This document shows, one piece after another, positions 19,331 through 28,335 of a stretch of DNA of 56,744 bases. Both the position numbers and the translations under genes were made by a program. Below the pieces are notes generated by a model. The model was not told the DNA's origin and did no database searches. It was given only the letters and a program-made list of their open reading frames with translations. The stretch lies in IMG/VR virus record IMGVR_UViG_3300048016_000009, positions 1 to 56,744 of that record; one strand, 5' to 3'. The first letter of the stretch is position 1, and each line of letters opens with the position of its first letter. This stretch comes from a virus. Lineage: Duplodnaviria > Caudoviricetes.

Positions 19331-19696
19331 TTACTCCATCTCACCCATAAGAGAATCAATCTCAGAAGAGAACATCTCATCATCCATTTCTTCACCACCG
19401 AACAAAGCTTCACCGTTAGGTACTTCTTCGGCATTACCCATCTGACCAATATCATTCATCTTCTGAAGACCAGTCTTAGCCTTATCACGCAGCTTCATCA
19501 ATGTTTGCAAACCAATGAATCTGACTACATCAGCGGGAAAGACAAACTCGCCCTCACTAAGCTGTGCAGGAATATCATCACGTACTTCTTCTTTCATAGC
19601 ACCAACAGGAACTTCATTGCCGGAAACAGGATCGACTGTTCCACCGTCCTGCATCATGCCACCTTCGGCAAATAGTTTATTCATTTCAGCCTGCAT
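19331..19696 (-). CDS. small protein with a FAEGG...DDIPAQLSEGEFV motif
   Basis: Motif resembles the FAxGG...DSIPAxLSxGEFV segment of tape-measure C-termini; acidic tail. Confidence 0.6.
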   Translation of the reverse strand: MQAEMNKLFAEGGMMQDGGTVDPVSGNEVPVGAMKEEVRDDIPAQLSEGEFVFPADVVRFIGLQTLMKLRDKAKTGLQKMNDIGQMGNAEEVPNGEALFGGEEMDDEMFSSEIDSLMGEME

Positions 19697-19898
19697 GATT
19701 GATCTCATCTTTCAAATACTTTAGCTGCCGTAATGCAGCAATGGCACCTTGTGCCTTAAACACTTCATTCAAATCTGTAGCCTGTTCCAACTTGCGTTGG
19801 TGTTGCTCAATGTCGTAGTCAAGTTTCTCAACAAAGGCATCCCACATATGAGGACTGTTGAGCATACCCTTGAGTTTTGGCAGAAAAGGTTTGCTCAT
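19686..19898 (-). CDS. conserved-looking small protein after the portal (70 aa)
   Basis: Helical, with a ..AQGAIAALRQLK.LK pattern; coupled overlaps. Confidence 0.6.
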   Translation of the reverse strand: MSKPFLPKLKGMLNSPHMWDAFVEKLDYDIEQHQRKLEQATDLNEVFKAQGAIAALRQLKYLKDEINHAG

Positions 19899-20437
19899 TG
19901 AATCATATCCTCGTAAAATTTGTTGTTCTTAATATTGTTTTCAAAACTTGTCAACACTTGCAGATTCCAAGGAACATGTAATCCACTAACGTTCTTACCC
20001 AATAAAGGCACGATGTGGTCTACTTGGTAACTAATACCAGTAATCGCGCTAAGTTTTTTTGCTTCCTCATAGATGTTTGATATAGACCGCTTGTCTTCTT
20101 CAGTGAGCCATGCAGGAAAACGCTTCAGTCGTTTTGCTCTTTTATTTGCATCCCATACCGAATGCTTGAGTGGTTCAGCTTTTCTGTAGTGTCTTTTGTA
20201 TAGAATTACTTGTTCAGCATTCTCGCCTCTCCACTCTCTACATCTCTCTATTAAGAAGTCTTTGTTTTTCTCTCTATACACTTTGTTGTACTCAGAGATA
20301 CTAGCCTTCTTAGACTGCCTATACAATGTTACACATTCTTTACAAGCAGAATTAAGGCCGTCCTTACTTGCTTTTCTCTGAGCAAAGTGAAACAACTCCT
20401 TTTGAGAGTTGCATCTTGTACATGTCTTAATCATCAT
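19895..20437 (-). CDS. HNH homing endonuclease
   Basis: CxxC...CKEC zinc finger and VDHIVPL.G..VSGLHVPWNLQVL...N; AT-richer than its flanks. Confidence 0.85.
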   Translation of the reverse strand: MMIKTCTRCNSQKELFHFAQRKASKDGLNSACKECVTLYRQSKKASISEYNKVYREKNKDFLIERCREWRGENAEQVILYKRHYRKAEPLKHSVWDANKRAKRLKRFPAWLTEEDKRSISNIYEEAKKLSAITGISYQVDHIVPLLGKNVSGLHVPWNLQVLTSFENNIKNNKFYEDMIQ

Positions 20438-22494
20438 TGTTGGATGTTACCTGAAAACCCCTGCTCTTGTGGGGCAGGAGCAGCACCAACACCGATATTG
20501 CCAGCACCACCACCAGTCATATCAGCTACGCCAGCACCCGGTACAGGTGGAGTACCAGCAGCAGCGCCAGCAGGCGCAGGAGGTGGCCCCATCAATACAG
20601 CTTGACGTGCAGCCTCATCCATGTTGTTAGTCACCTTGTCTTGATCCAGATCCATCGACTTAGCAATCTCACGAATGATATAAGGCATCTTAGCGAACGG
20701 AGCCAGTGCAGGGTTAGTAACAATCTGCAAGAACTGCATCAGTCGCTGACTACGCACTTCAGTAGCCATCAAACTTTCTGTACCACGTGCATTGACTTCC
20801 AAGTCACCACGGATGGTTGGATCGAAATCAAACTGCATGTTGAAGTTGAAGAAGGCTTTACCGAGTGGAGAAAGCAAGTAGTCATCAACGTTCTTAATCA
20901 CTGTCTTGATAGAGCCGCCAGCAGCGTTCATCAGCATAGAGATGCCTGACGCTGTACGACCAACACCACTCACGCCAGTTTGACCATGTGCGAATGACGG
21001 CATACCTGTCGATTCATCAGCAAGCTGACGAGCCTTGTCAAACAACTGCATATTCTCTTGCGACACGTTAGGAAACTTTGTACCGAACAAGCTTTGACCG
21101 GGAGCACCGCCTTGACGACGAAACACTTTACCGGGATAGACCGACATATCTTGACCGGGGACAAGGTTGGTTTCATCAACTTCAAAGACGAGGTTGCCTG
21201 ACAACACAGCGTTGTCTACAGCCATACGCATGAAACCATTCATCAATGTCTGTGTATCATCCATGTTCTCACCAACACCAACACCAGCCAAGCTGTATGG
21301 ATTGAGTTCATAAGGAACAGCATAGTACGGAATCTTAGAGGGCTTGAATGGGTTCAACACCAAACGAATAATCTTACCGTTGCAGTACCAGATATTGGCT
21401 TGTAATTCATCACCATCTTTAAATGCTTCAGGGATTTGAATGTCATTCTCTTCAAGCAAGTCAATGTCAACGTTACCCCAATACTCCAATACCTCAAAGC
21501 GCTCAACAGCAAAGTTGGGAGCGTAGTCACGCAGGTCATCTTCCCAATACTTCTTGGTATATGTCTCGCCTTGGTCAATGAGTTCATCAATGACGCTCTT
21601 ACGGAAATGAGGGCGGCGCTTCAAAGCACGAAGTTGTGTACGCGACATCTTGTGACGCTCAATAACATACTGGCACTCTTCAGTATTGTTAGCATCAGGG
21701 TCCCAATAGAAGTTCCAGATGGAAACATGCGAAGCTTCTGGTACAGTTTTGATTGTTGGTTTGTATGTACCGTCTTCTGTCCAGTTTGGATATTCTTTGT
21801 TGATGGCAAACGGACCCTTCATCACACCTGTACCGAACAATGCCATCTCAAAAGCTGAAGCACGGAGATGTTTACTCGCACCACTCTCTTCAAGCTGGTC
21901 ATGAATCTTCTTCTCCATCTTCTTAGCAGCCACCATAGCAGGGCTGAAAGTGACAGAAGTAGGTGATGCACCAACACCCTCTTTCAAACCGGGGATGTCT
22001 TTAAGATCATCCTTCAATGCACCAAGCATTTCCTCAAGCTTATCCAAGTCAAAGTCTTGACCAATAGCAGCAGAGCCTTCTTCACCAAATGGAATCTGTG
22101 GTGTTTCTTTAGCTGGCTGCTTAGGATCGAAATGGACATCTTCTGCTACGCCTTCAGGTAAAACAGATGGATCAATACTCAAAGGGAATTTGTTGTTAGA
22201 AAACAACACATCTGTAATCTGACCATATGCTGCAAGCGTCTTAGTCTTTGTCACTTTAACAAATACACGGCTCTTCTCGGTGTCAGTGAACTTAACATCG
22301 GGACCATACAGACCACGATAGTTGCGATAGGCACGGAGCCAACGATCTTCATCAGCACGACGAGACTCTTCAGACTTGGTATATCGCTTTTCAATGAAAG
22401 AGATTAGTCCTGACCCAATAAGCAAGTCGTCAGGTTTATTTGTGTCGTCAAGCGCTAACGTCTTGTCGTTGGATGGTTTATCAATGAGTGCCAT
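20434..22494 (-). CDS. portal protein (686 aa)
   Basis: FGTGVMKGP, G.GVGE.M.D.Q...N...R and RTASGISML motifs; follows TerL. Confidence 0.85.
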   Translation of the reverse strand: MALIDKPSNDKTLALDDTNKPDDLLIGSGLISFIEKRYTKSEESRRADEDRWLRAYRNYRGLYGPDVKFTDTEKSRVFVKVTKTKTLAAYGQITDVLFSNNKFPLSIDPSVLPEGVAEDVHFDPKQPAKETPQIPFGEEGSAAIGQDFDLDKLEEMLGALKDDLKDIPGLKEGVGASPTSVTFSPAMVAAKKMEKKIHDQLEESGASKHLRASAFEMALFGTGVMKGPFAINKEYPNWTEDGTYKPTIKTVPEASHVSIWNFYWDPDANNTEECQYVIERHKMSRTQLRALKRRPHFRKSVIDELIDQGETYTKKYWEDDLRDYAPNFAVERFEVLEYWGNVDIDLLEENDIQIPEAFKDGDELQANIWYCNGKIIRLVLNPFKPSKIPYYAVPYELNPYSLAGVGVGENMDDTQTLMNGFMRMAVDNAVLSGNLVFEVDETNLVPGQDMSVYPGKVFRRQGGAPGQSLFGTKFPNVSQENMQLFDKARQLADESTGMPSFAHGQTGVSGVGRTASGISMLMNAAGGSIKTVIKNVDDYLLSPLGKAFFNFNMQFDFDPTIRGDLEVNARGTESLMATEVRSQRLMQFLQIVTNPALAPFAKMPYIIREIAKSMDLDQDKVTNNMDEAARQAVLMGPPPAPAGAAAGTPPVPGAGVADMTGGGAGNIGVGAAPAPQEQGFSGNIQQ

Positions 22495-22535
22495 AAGTGT
22501 TCCAGATTATAAATAAAGGTATAACATGTGCTGAT

Positions 22536-24122
22536 TTAATAACCAAATGTCTGATCGGACACAGGCATACCAGAGTTTTGCGACATAGGATCGAAGTCGA
22601 ACAATCCACTACGTGGACGGCTCATAACCCCATAACGCAATGCATCATAGGTGTGGTCATTACTAACTTTAGTATTGATGTCTTCCAAGTTTGTCTTGTC
22701 GATAGGCAACGTAGGAAGATCAGCAATAATTTGTGTACAGGTATTGAAGAAAACAATACGAGGTTGCTCTGTCATGGGTTCAATTTGTAGCCGACGATGA
22801 ATTTCGTTCTTACCTGCGATGCGACTACCAGCAGAACGGTCAGCAGGTCGCCAGCGACAACCCTTCATGATCATTCGTTCAGCAATAGAGGGTCCAGTGT
22901 CACCACGTTTGTGCCAACATGAGCTATCCAGCACACCATAACGTATCTTTTCACCATCTTCGGCCTGCATTACCATTACAGCAAGGTCTTCTGCCAGCAC
23001 TTTACTGACATAAAGCTCTCTATACACCACCAAACTATCATCGGGCGCTACAGCAAACCACAATACAGCGCTATAGCTACCGTATCCGTAGTCAGCCGAC
23101 CTAAATCTAGGCCAACTACTGGGGATAATGAAGGGATCTACTACGTGAATGGCTCTATTGAACTCAGAAAACGCTGCACCTTCTGCAATATCCCAGTTTC
23201 CTTCAAGCAATTGCTTACGTTGGTGCTCCGGTAGAGACAACAACATGGTTTCGTAGTCACCAGACTCAGCCAAATAGGGGTTATCAGCCAGCTTAGCCGA
23301 GATAAACTTACGCTTGAACAGCGGCAAACCTTCTTTGCTGTGCCCTTTGGGGTAAACCAGTGTCTCTCCTGTCTCAACATCGGTGGCATAGAAGCTCTTA
23401 CCAGATGGTGCAGGCACAATGAACATCTTCCTAACCCATTGATGACCGGGACCACCGGGGTTGGTAGTGGCTCTCATGAATACAGGCAGGTCTGGAGCAG
23501 CAGTACGCAGACGAGAACGCATATAGTTGTAGGCAAACGGAGTAGGCCACTGCGTCAACTCGTCCCAAGCGATGTAGGAGAACGACAAACCCTGATAACG
23601 CATCACGTCTTCGTCACGGTCAAGGTAGGACATCCACAACTTACCCCCACTTGGATGCTGCCATTGCATCTTTCTCTCTGACCACTTGATGCCGGGATAT
23701 ATCTTCGGATACATCTCTTGCGATTTCCAAATGAGTTCTCGCAATTCCTCTGTCGTGTGACGAAGAATGAGTCCAGAGAACTGTGGATGGGCAATGTAGC
23801 GTAGAGGGTCAGCAAGAATGGCGTAGCTCTTACCACCACCAGCAGCACCACCATACAACACTTCACGCTCTGAGGCGGCTAGGAAGTTTGTTTGTGGGCC
23901 GGGATTGGGCTTGAAGATTACATTGTCACGTATAGGCTGAACAACTTCAATCAGCGGAGGCTGTGAAGTATTGTTTAAGTTTGACGTATCGATCACTATC
24001 GAAGAAGCTTCCGTCTTTGGTGCCGAGTCTTTCTTCGTACTCTTCCGCTTTCTTAAGGGCTTTTTCGTACCCGTCGGCAAGCTTTCGATAAGTAGAGGAT
24101 TTGCGTTTGTGGGACTGTTCAT
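22536..24122 (-). CDS. terL: terminase large subunit (true start possibly GTG at 23996)
   Basis: Walker A YGGAAGGGKS, Walker B IAWDE, TTNPGG, nuclease D(Y)G and DHTYDALRY. Confidence 0.92.
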   Translation of the reverse strand: MNSPTNANPLLIESLPTGTKKPLRKRKSTKKDSAPKTEASSIVIDTSNLNNTSQPPLIEVVQPIRDNVIFKPNPGPQTNFLAASEREVLYGGAAGGGKSYAILADPLRYIAHPQFSGLILRHTTEELRELIWKSQEMYPKIYPGIKWSERKMQWQHPSGGKLWMSYLDRDEDVMRYQGLSFSYIAWDELTQWPTPFAYNYMRSRLRTAAPDLPVFMRATTNPGGPGHQWVRKMFIVPAPSGKSFYATDVETGETLVYPKGHSKEGLPLFKRKFISAKLADNPYLAESGDYETMLLSLPEHQRKQLLEGNWDIAEGAAFSEFNRAIHVVDPFIIPSSWPRFRSADYGYGSYSAVLWFAVAPDDSLVVYRELYVSKVLAEDLAVMVMQAEDGEKIRYGVLDSSCWHKRGDTGPSIAERMIMKGCRWRPADRSAGSRIAGKNEIHRRLQIEPMTEQPRIVFFNTCTQIIADLPTLPIDKTNLEDINTKVSNDHTYDALRYGVMSRPRSGLFDFDPMSQNSGMPVSDQTFGY

Positions 24123-24420
24123 TCTTTATACGTTTTAAAAGACCAACATGACTTATCTCTCTACCCGTCACAGTGGTCAACCATGCCGCTACCTGTCTTG
24201 AACTGTATTGCTTCAAATACTTCTTAGCTTTTTCAAGCGCTTCAAGCTCAAGCGCTACAGGTTGTAGCCATCCATCATCCTCTTCATCAATCTTGTAACC
24301 AAAAGGAATAGTACGGGCTAGTCTTGGTATCTTAACATACTCAGCAGACTGTGCAGGTTGTGGAAGTATGAAGACACCTAAGCCAAAATCGAACGTGTCC
24401 ACAGTAGCATCAGCCATCAA
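23947..24420 (-). CDS. putative HTH DNA-binding protein (157 aa)
   Basis: IPFGY followed by a helix-turn-helix-like SSRQVAAWLTTVTGREISHVGL. Confidence 0.55.
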   Translation of the reverse strand: MMADATVDTFDFGLGVFILPQPAQSAEYVKIPRLARTIPFGYKIDEEDDGWLQPVALELEALEKAKKYLKQYSSRQVAAWLTTVTGREISHVGLLKRIKNEQSHKRKSSTYRKLADGYEKALKKAEEYEERLGTKDGSFFDSDRYVKLKQYFTASAD

Positions 24421-24785
24421 TCTTCCTCGCGTTCCTTCGCAGGCAACACCATAATGCCGCCAGTGCTTTCAACTTGCACCTTCTCAGTCTTAACCAAACC
24501 AGCACGGTCAAGCAAGTCTTTAGCAGCAGACATCTTCTCTTTTAAGCCAAGCTCTGTGGGATCGTCAATAGCATTGATCATAGCCACCGCAGCCTTTGGA
24601 GCCGCCATAGCAATGTAAAGCTGTGTAGCTTCAATGATCTCTTCCTTGAGGTAGTTGGTGAGGCTTCGTCGGCTATAGCCTTCAGAGAACCCTGCCATCT
24701 TCATAGCATGATTGATGTTGCCATTTGCATCAGCAAACAACACTTCAAGGAAGCGCTTATGTTGTTCTGTTAGTTCTTTAGCCAT
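24417..24785 (-). CDS. putative terminase small subunit
   Basis: LTEQ.KRFL...A...AGFS start and AAKDLLDRAG; upstream of TerL. Confidence 0.6.
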   Translation of the reverse strand: MAKELTEQHKRFLEVLFADANGNINHAMKMAGFSEGYSRRSLTNYLKEEIIEATQLYIAMAAPKAAVAMINAIDDPTELGLKEKMSAAKDLLDRAGLVKTEKVQVESTGGIMVLPAKEREED

Positions 24786-25132
24786 TAGAAAAGTCCTTGT
24801 TCGTAATATTCTTCAACAGTGACAGTTGTAGACATAGTGCTACCAGCTTCTGGAGTGACTACAAGATGATCACCGGGATTGAGGACAAGGTAGCTACCAT
24901 CAAGTTTTATATAACCATTAGCAGATAAGACATAACCACCTACAATGTAGTATGCTCCACCTGCACTGACATCATGCCATTGAATAGATATATTTTTATT
25001 ATTGCCTCCATGATTGGAAACAAATAACAAATTCATCTTAGCAATGAAGTTGTCAGGACAGGTGTAGATAGTGTTGGCAACCCCTGCTGTCAAGTTCAAA
25101 CCAACACTACGAATCTTTGGTTCTTTGTTCAT
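24785..25132 (-). CDS. hypothetical beta-sandwich protein (115 aa)
   Basis: TIYTCP...LVLNPGDHL pattern seen in small phage virion proteins. Confidence 0.5.
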   Translation of the reverse strand: MNKEPKIRSVGLNLTAGVANTIYTCPDNFIAKMNLLFVSNHGGNNKNISIQWHDVSAGGAYYIVGGYVLSANGYIKLDGSYLVLNPGDHLVVTPEAGSTMSTTVTVEEYYEQGLF

Positions 25133-25287
25133 TTCTTCTTAGGCTTCACTTTAGCTTCAGACAAACTGATGGCAATGGCTTGCTTAGGGTTTTTAACAAC
25201 AGGGCCACCTTTACCACTATGAAGAGTTCCTTCTTTGAACTCTCCCATCACCTTAGCCACTTTAGCTGTTTGTTTCTTTGTAGCCAT
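25129..25287 (-). CDS. small basic protein (52 aa, DUF6496-like)
   Basis: KVAKVMGEFKEGTLHSG...V.NPKQAIAISLSEA; SD GAGGA upstream. Confidence 0.65.
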   Translation of the reverse strand: MATKKQTAKVAKVMGEFKEGTLHSGKGGPVVKNPKQAIAISLSEAKVKPKKK

Positions 25288-25288
25288 A

Positions 25289-25693
25289 TCAGTCCTCTTC
25301 TTTCTCATACTCTTTACATTCCCACGCTGTACAGCTACGTAGGTTGTGACAGATGAATTCAAACTTGTGGCAATATCCACGACCACCAGCACCAGTGTCA
25401 AATGCATTGCGTGGAATGGTATCCATAGCCAACATCATCTCTGGAGTGTTTTCAAAGTATTCACAGTTGGCACAGCGCTGGCGACGAGCTTCCTCTTCGC
25501 TAAGCTTCCATGTCGCTGCCATGTCTTCCCAATAGGGCTTGTTGTTATCAGGCTCGTCAGAAGGGTCTTTCTCAGGACCAAGCTTCCAAAACTTGATAGT
25601 GTGCTCAGTGTTGGTTTTATTCTCTTCAGGGGTAACAATGAGATACTCTTCGTCTTCAATCTCAATTACCGGAGTCATCAATCCCTTAGCCAT
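25289..25693 (-). CDS. Cys-rich protein with a HiPIP-like motif
   Basis: QRCANCEYF...GYCHKF...SCTAW. Confidence 0.55.
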   Translation of the reverse strand: MAKGLMTPVIEIEDEEYLIVTPEENKTNTEHTIKFWKLGPEKDPSDEPDNNKPYWEDMAATWKLSEEEARRQRCANCEYFENTPEMMLAMDTIPRNAFDTGAGGRGYCHKFEFICHNLRSCTAWECKEYEKEED

Positions 25694-25702
25694 TGTATTT
25701 CC

Positions 25703-25936
25703 TTAACGGTGTTTAGCTGTCTTCTTAGCAATGCTCTTTGGTTGAGCAACAAACTGTTTACCCTTAGCCTTACCTTCACGTTTAGCTTTGGTAGTAGCAG
25801 CATACTCAGCAGGAGTCAAAGCTTTTATAGCCTTCTCGGGTAAGTAACGCTCACCTGTATCTGATGAGCGCTTACCTGATTTAGTCGTCCATTTCTGCTC
25901 TGTCCAATCTTTAAGAGATTTCTGTGGAGCTTTCAT
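25703..25936 (-). CDS. small basic protein (C-terminal half of a DUF5872-like domain)
   Basis: QKSLKDWTEQKW.TKSG...ERYLP; SD AAGGA before the ATG at 25936. Confidence 0.6.
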   Translation of the reverse strand: MKAPQKSLKDWTEQKWTTKSGKRSSDTGERYLPEKAIKALTPAEYAATTKAKREGKAKGKQFVAQPKSIAKKTAKHR

Positions 25937-25937
25937 G

Positions 25938-26123
25938 TCAATCCTTATACCCACCACCAGCAGCTTTATACTTCTTGGCAACAAGCTGAGCTTTACGAGC
26001 AGACCACTCACCAGCACCTGTGCCTTGTGTCGCAGCAGACTTAACCTGAGACACAATCTTCTTACGAAGTTCTGGCTTGGTGTAATTACCAGCAGCATTC
26101 ACTGTGCTCTTAGCCTTAGCCAT
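25938..26123 (-). CDS. small basic protein (N-terminal half of a DUF5872-like domain)
   Basis: YTKPELRK...GEWSARKAQL...YK.AGGGY. Confidence 0.6.
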   Translation of the reverse strand: MAKAKSTVNAAGNYTKPELRKKIVSQVKSAATQGTGAGEWSARKAQLVAKKYKAAGGGYKD

Positions 26124-26125
26124 AA

Positions 26126-26389
26126 TTACTTTTTAGCCTTCTTAGCAACAGAACCGCCCTTAGCCATCATTGGCTTCTTCATAGGCATCTTGTCTGCTGT
26201 CTTCATTGGAGCCTTCTTAGCCATACCACCCTTAGCCAGCTTCAGACCTGTTGTCTTCTCAACAGAACGTCCTTCAATTTCATTGGCCTTCTTGTCAGCC
26301 ATATCACGCACCTCTTGAGGCAATGTCTTATCCATTGCTTGCTTACGCAGTTCTGTAACCTTCTGTGCTTCTGTCTTAGTCGTTGCCAT
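26126..26389 (-). CDS. small Lys/Met-rich protein with two AKGG motifs
   Basis: SD AAGGA; KLAKGGMAKK and MMAKGGSVAKK. Confidence 0.6.
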   Translation of the reverse strand: MATTKTEAQKVTELRKQAMDKTLPQEVRDMADKKANEIEGRSVEKTTGLKLAKGGMAKKAPMKTADKMPMKKPMMAKGGSVAKKAKK

Positions 26390-26456
26390 GTTATTTCCTT
26401 TAAATGTAAAAAAGAGGCATAGCCTCTGCATTAGTTATATCAGCTTTACAGCTTGT

Positions 26457-26711
26457 TCACCACTTAACTTTATCGGCCCAGTATGCAGCCGACATTTTAC
26501 CCTTTGCAATGTTCTCAGCGTGTCGTGCCTTGAATGCTTCATTTCGTTTGCTACCATCAGGAGAGCCTTTGACACCCTGCTGTCCAAACCTAATAAGCTT
26601 TACAGTGTCACCATCCTTAGCCAACACAGCATGACTCTTTGTCGGATGATCTGGCGTTGCCTTTGGCTTGTTGTAGCCACTGAACTCTTCACTACCTCTT
26701 TTAATTGACAT
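26457..26711 (-). CDS. small basic protein (84 aa)
   Basis: SD GGAG; KLIRFG...R..FKARH...SAAYWA.K.KW pattern recognised from phage basic proteins. Confidence 0.65.
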   Translation of the reverse strand: MSIKRGSEEFSGYNKPKATPDHPTKSHAVLAKDGDTVKLIRFGQQGVKGSPDGSKRNEAFKARHAENIAKGKMSAAYWADKVKW

Positions 26712-27012
26712 TGTTATATCTCCAACTATTGCGCCTATCGCGCCACCCATTAGTCTTCATCGCTTCTTCGACAGCATCTAACGGGAAGTAATACCCTGTG
26801 TGCTTCTCAACAGCAGTTCTTACATAGTAAACATCTGAATGAGGAACATGAACGTTATCGATGTTCCCTTTGAACAGACCTATATAGACCTTTGCTGACA
26901 TCGAATACGGTGGACTGTTAAACAACCCTTTATTCTCTACTTCTTCTTTCGTCAGCAACAAGTGCTTTTGATCTAACAAATAATCAATCACTGTAAGTCT
27001 GTTTTGTTTCAT
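26701..27012 (-). CDS. hypothetical protein, first gene of the late arm
   Basis: 103-aa ORF overlapping the next gene; HVPHSDVYYVR. Confidence 0.5.
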   Translation of the reverse strand: MKQNRLTVIDYLLDQKHLLLTKEEVENKGLFNSPPYSMSAKVYIGLFKGNIDNVHVPHSDVYYVRTAVEKHTGYYFPLDAVEEAMKTNGWRDRRNSWRYNNVN

Positions 27013-27294
27013 AGCTCTATATAGTCTTTGTAGACTGCCTACTATAGCGGTGTAGGCTAGTTACAAAGAAGTATATCACTAAGAGGTAACAAATGAAAGA
27101 AAACAAATTGTTTGCCAATATAGACAATACCTTCATAGTTTGTTTTGTATGACGGGCTTTATAGACTACATAGACTGTGTTTAATATTTGATGTTGTCTA
27201 TAATCGTTCTTCAACACAGAGTTATGTACCTTGTATCATCTATGCTCAATGCATCACGATACAGTCTACATAGCCCCAAGCCCCAATAGGTAGT

Positions 27295-27323
27295 AGTTTT
27301 ACACCATCTAAAAATCTTGTCAA
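27295..27323 (-). promoter_or_regulatory. candidate sigma70 promoter driving the late arm
   Basis: Minus strand TTGACA (27323-27318), then TAAAACT at a spacing of 16-17 nt. Confidence 0.45.
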
Positions 27324-27964
27324 GCGATATATTTGCAGAGTGTTGTTAAACAACAACAAAGGTAGTGCTATAGGTTTCATAGACAATGTTTTCATGGTCG
27401 ATTTTCGCAGCGGCATAGGCTGTGTTGTGGGAAAGGCTTTAATGGTCCTGTAGGGGGTAGTGGAGTGGTGGGGCTACCTAGCCCTTGGTTGAGATCGTTA
27501 ACGAGCTGTAGAGGCTGTGTAGGCCATGTGTGGACAGTATTGTGTATAGGGAGTGGTGTAAATTGTGTTGTGGTTAACAGGGTAAAATAGCCCTTCTGTG
27601 GTCTATGCTGTATACAACTAGCGCCCTACCCCCCACTGGCCCACGCACCCCCGCAGCCCTGAGCGCAGCCGCGCATATACATGCATAGGTATACATCGCA
27701 GCGCAGGATATACGGCACAGGCGCATACGTTTTAACCTACATGTGTAGATCTTCAATGAATTCAAAGACTTACATGCATGTAGAAACTGATTCAAAATCG
27801 GAAATCAATTTAATCGGGGACAGATTAGTGCCTGTTTTTTAAGCACATCGGGGGCTATCGAAGGGTCGGTATACAACACCACCCGCACAACCTGACCCGC
27901 CCGCATAATGCGAAGCCATCGACAACAAAGCCCCTTCACCGATTGTGGTTGAATATCCCCACAG

Positions 27965-28002
27965 TTGACAAGGCCATTTAAAGGTCGGCATAATTGAGGC
28001 CA
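27965..28002 (+). promoter_or_regulatory. early promoter P1
   Basis: TTGACA-18-CATAAT-TGAGGCCA. Confidence 0.8.
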
Positions 28003-28040
28003 TGACAACATCGTCATGCCAAACTTACCGTAGGTAAACA

Positions 28041-28232
28041 ATGCAAAACATCATGCTCAAAAACGTCAAGCCCGGTGACTTCGTCAAACGAAAAGCCGAT
28101 GCCAACACTGTATACATCAAAGGTGCATATGACAGGACGACGAAGTCGTTTGAGTTGATCGACACTGACGACATCAATCGAGTTGTCTACATCAAGGCAA
28201 CCAAGCCTGTGTATATAGGCTTCACGTATTGA
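28041..28232 (+). CDS. early hypothetical protein (63 aa)
   Basis: Own promoter and SD AGGT. Confidence 0.7.
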   Translation: MQNIMLKNVKPGDFVKRKADANTVYIKGAYDRTTKSFELIDTDDINRVVYIKATKPVYIGFTY

Positions 28233-28257
28233 GGCAGAGCCTTGAAAGACCCTTCGC

Positions 28258-28295
28258 TTGACAGGGTTTTTCGAAGGTCTGTATAATTGAGGCCA
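28258..28295 (+). promoter_or_regulatory. early promoter P2
   Basis: TTGACA-18-TATAAT-TGAGGCCA. Confidence 0.85.
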
Positions 28296-28335
28296 TGCAG
28301 CGATTTTGCTGCGTCACTTACCGAAGGTAAACAAA

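Noticed and set aside
19895-20437. Group I intron carrying the HNH gene
   Set aside because: Portal and the downstream gene are both complete and overlap the HNH ORF directly, leaving no room for a ribozyme core.
25703-26123. Programmed frameshift joining the two DUF5872-like halves
   Set aside because: The second ORF has its own AAGGA SD and an ATG one base after the stop, and no slippery heptamer was seen.
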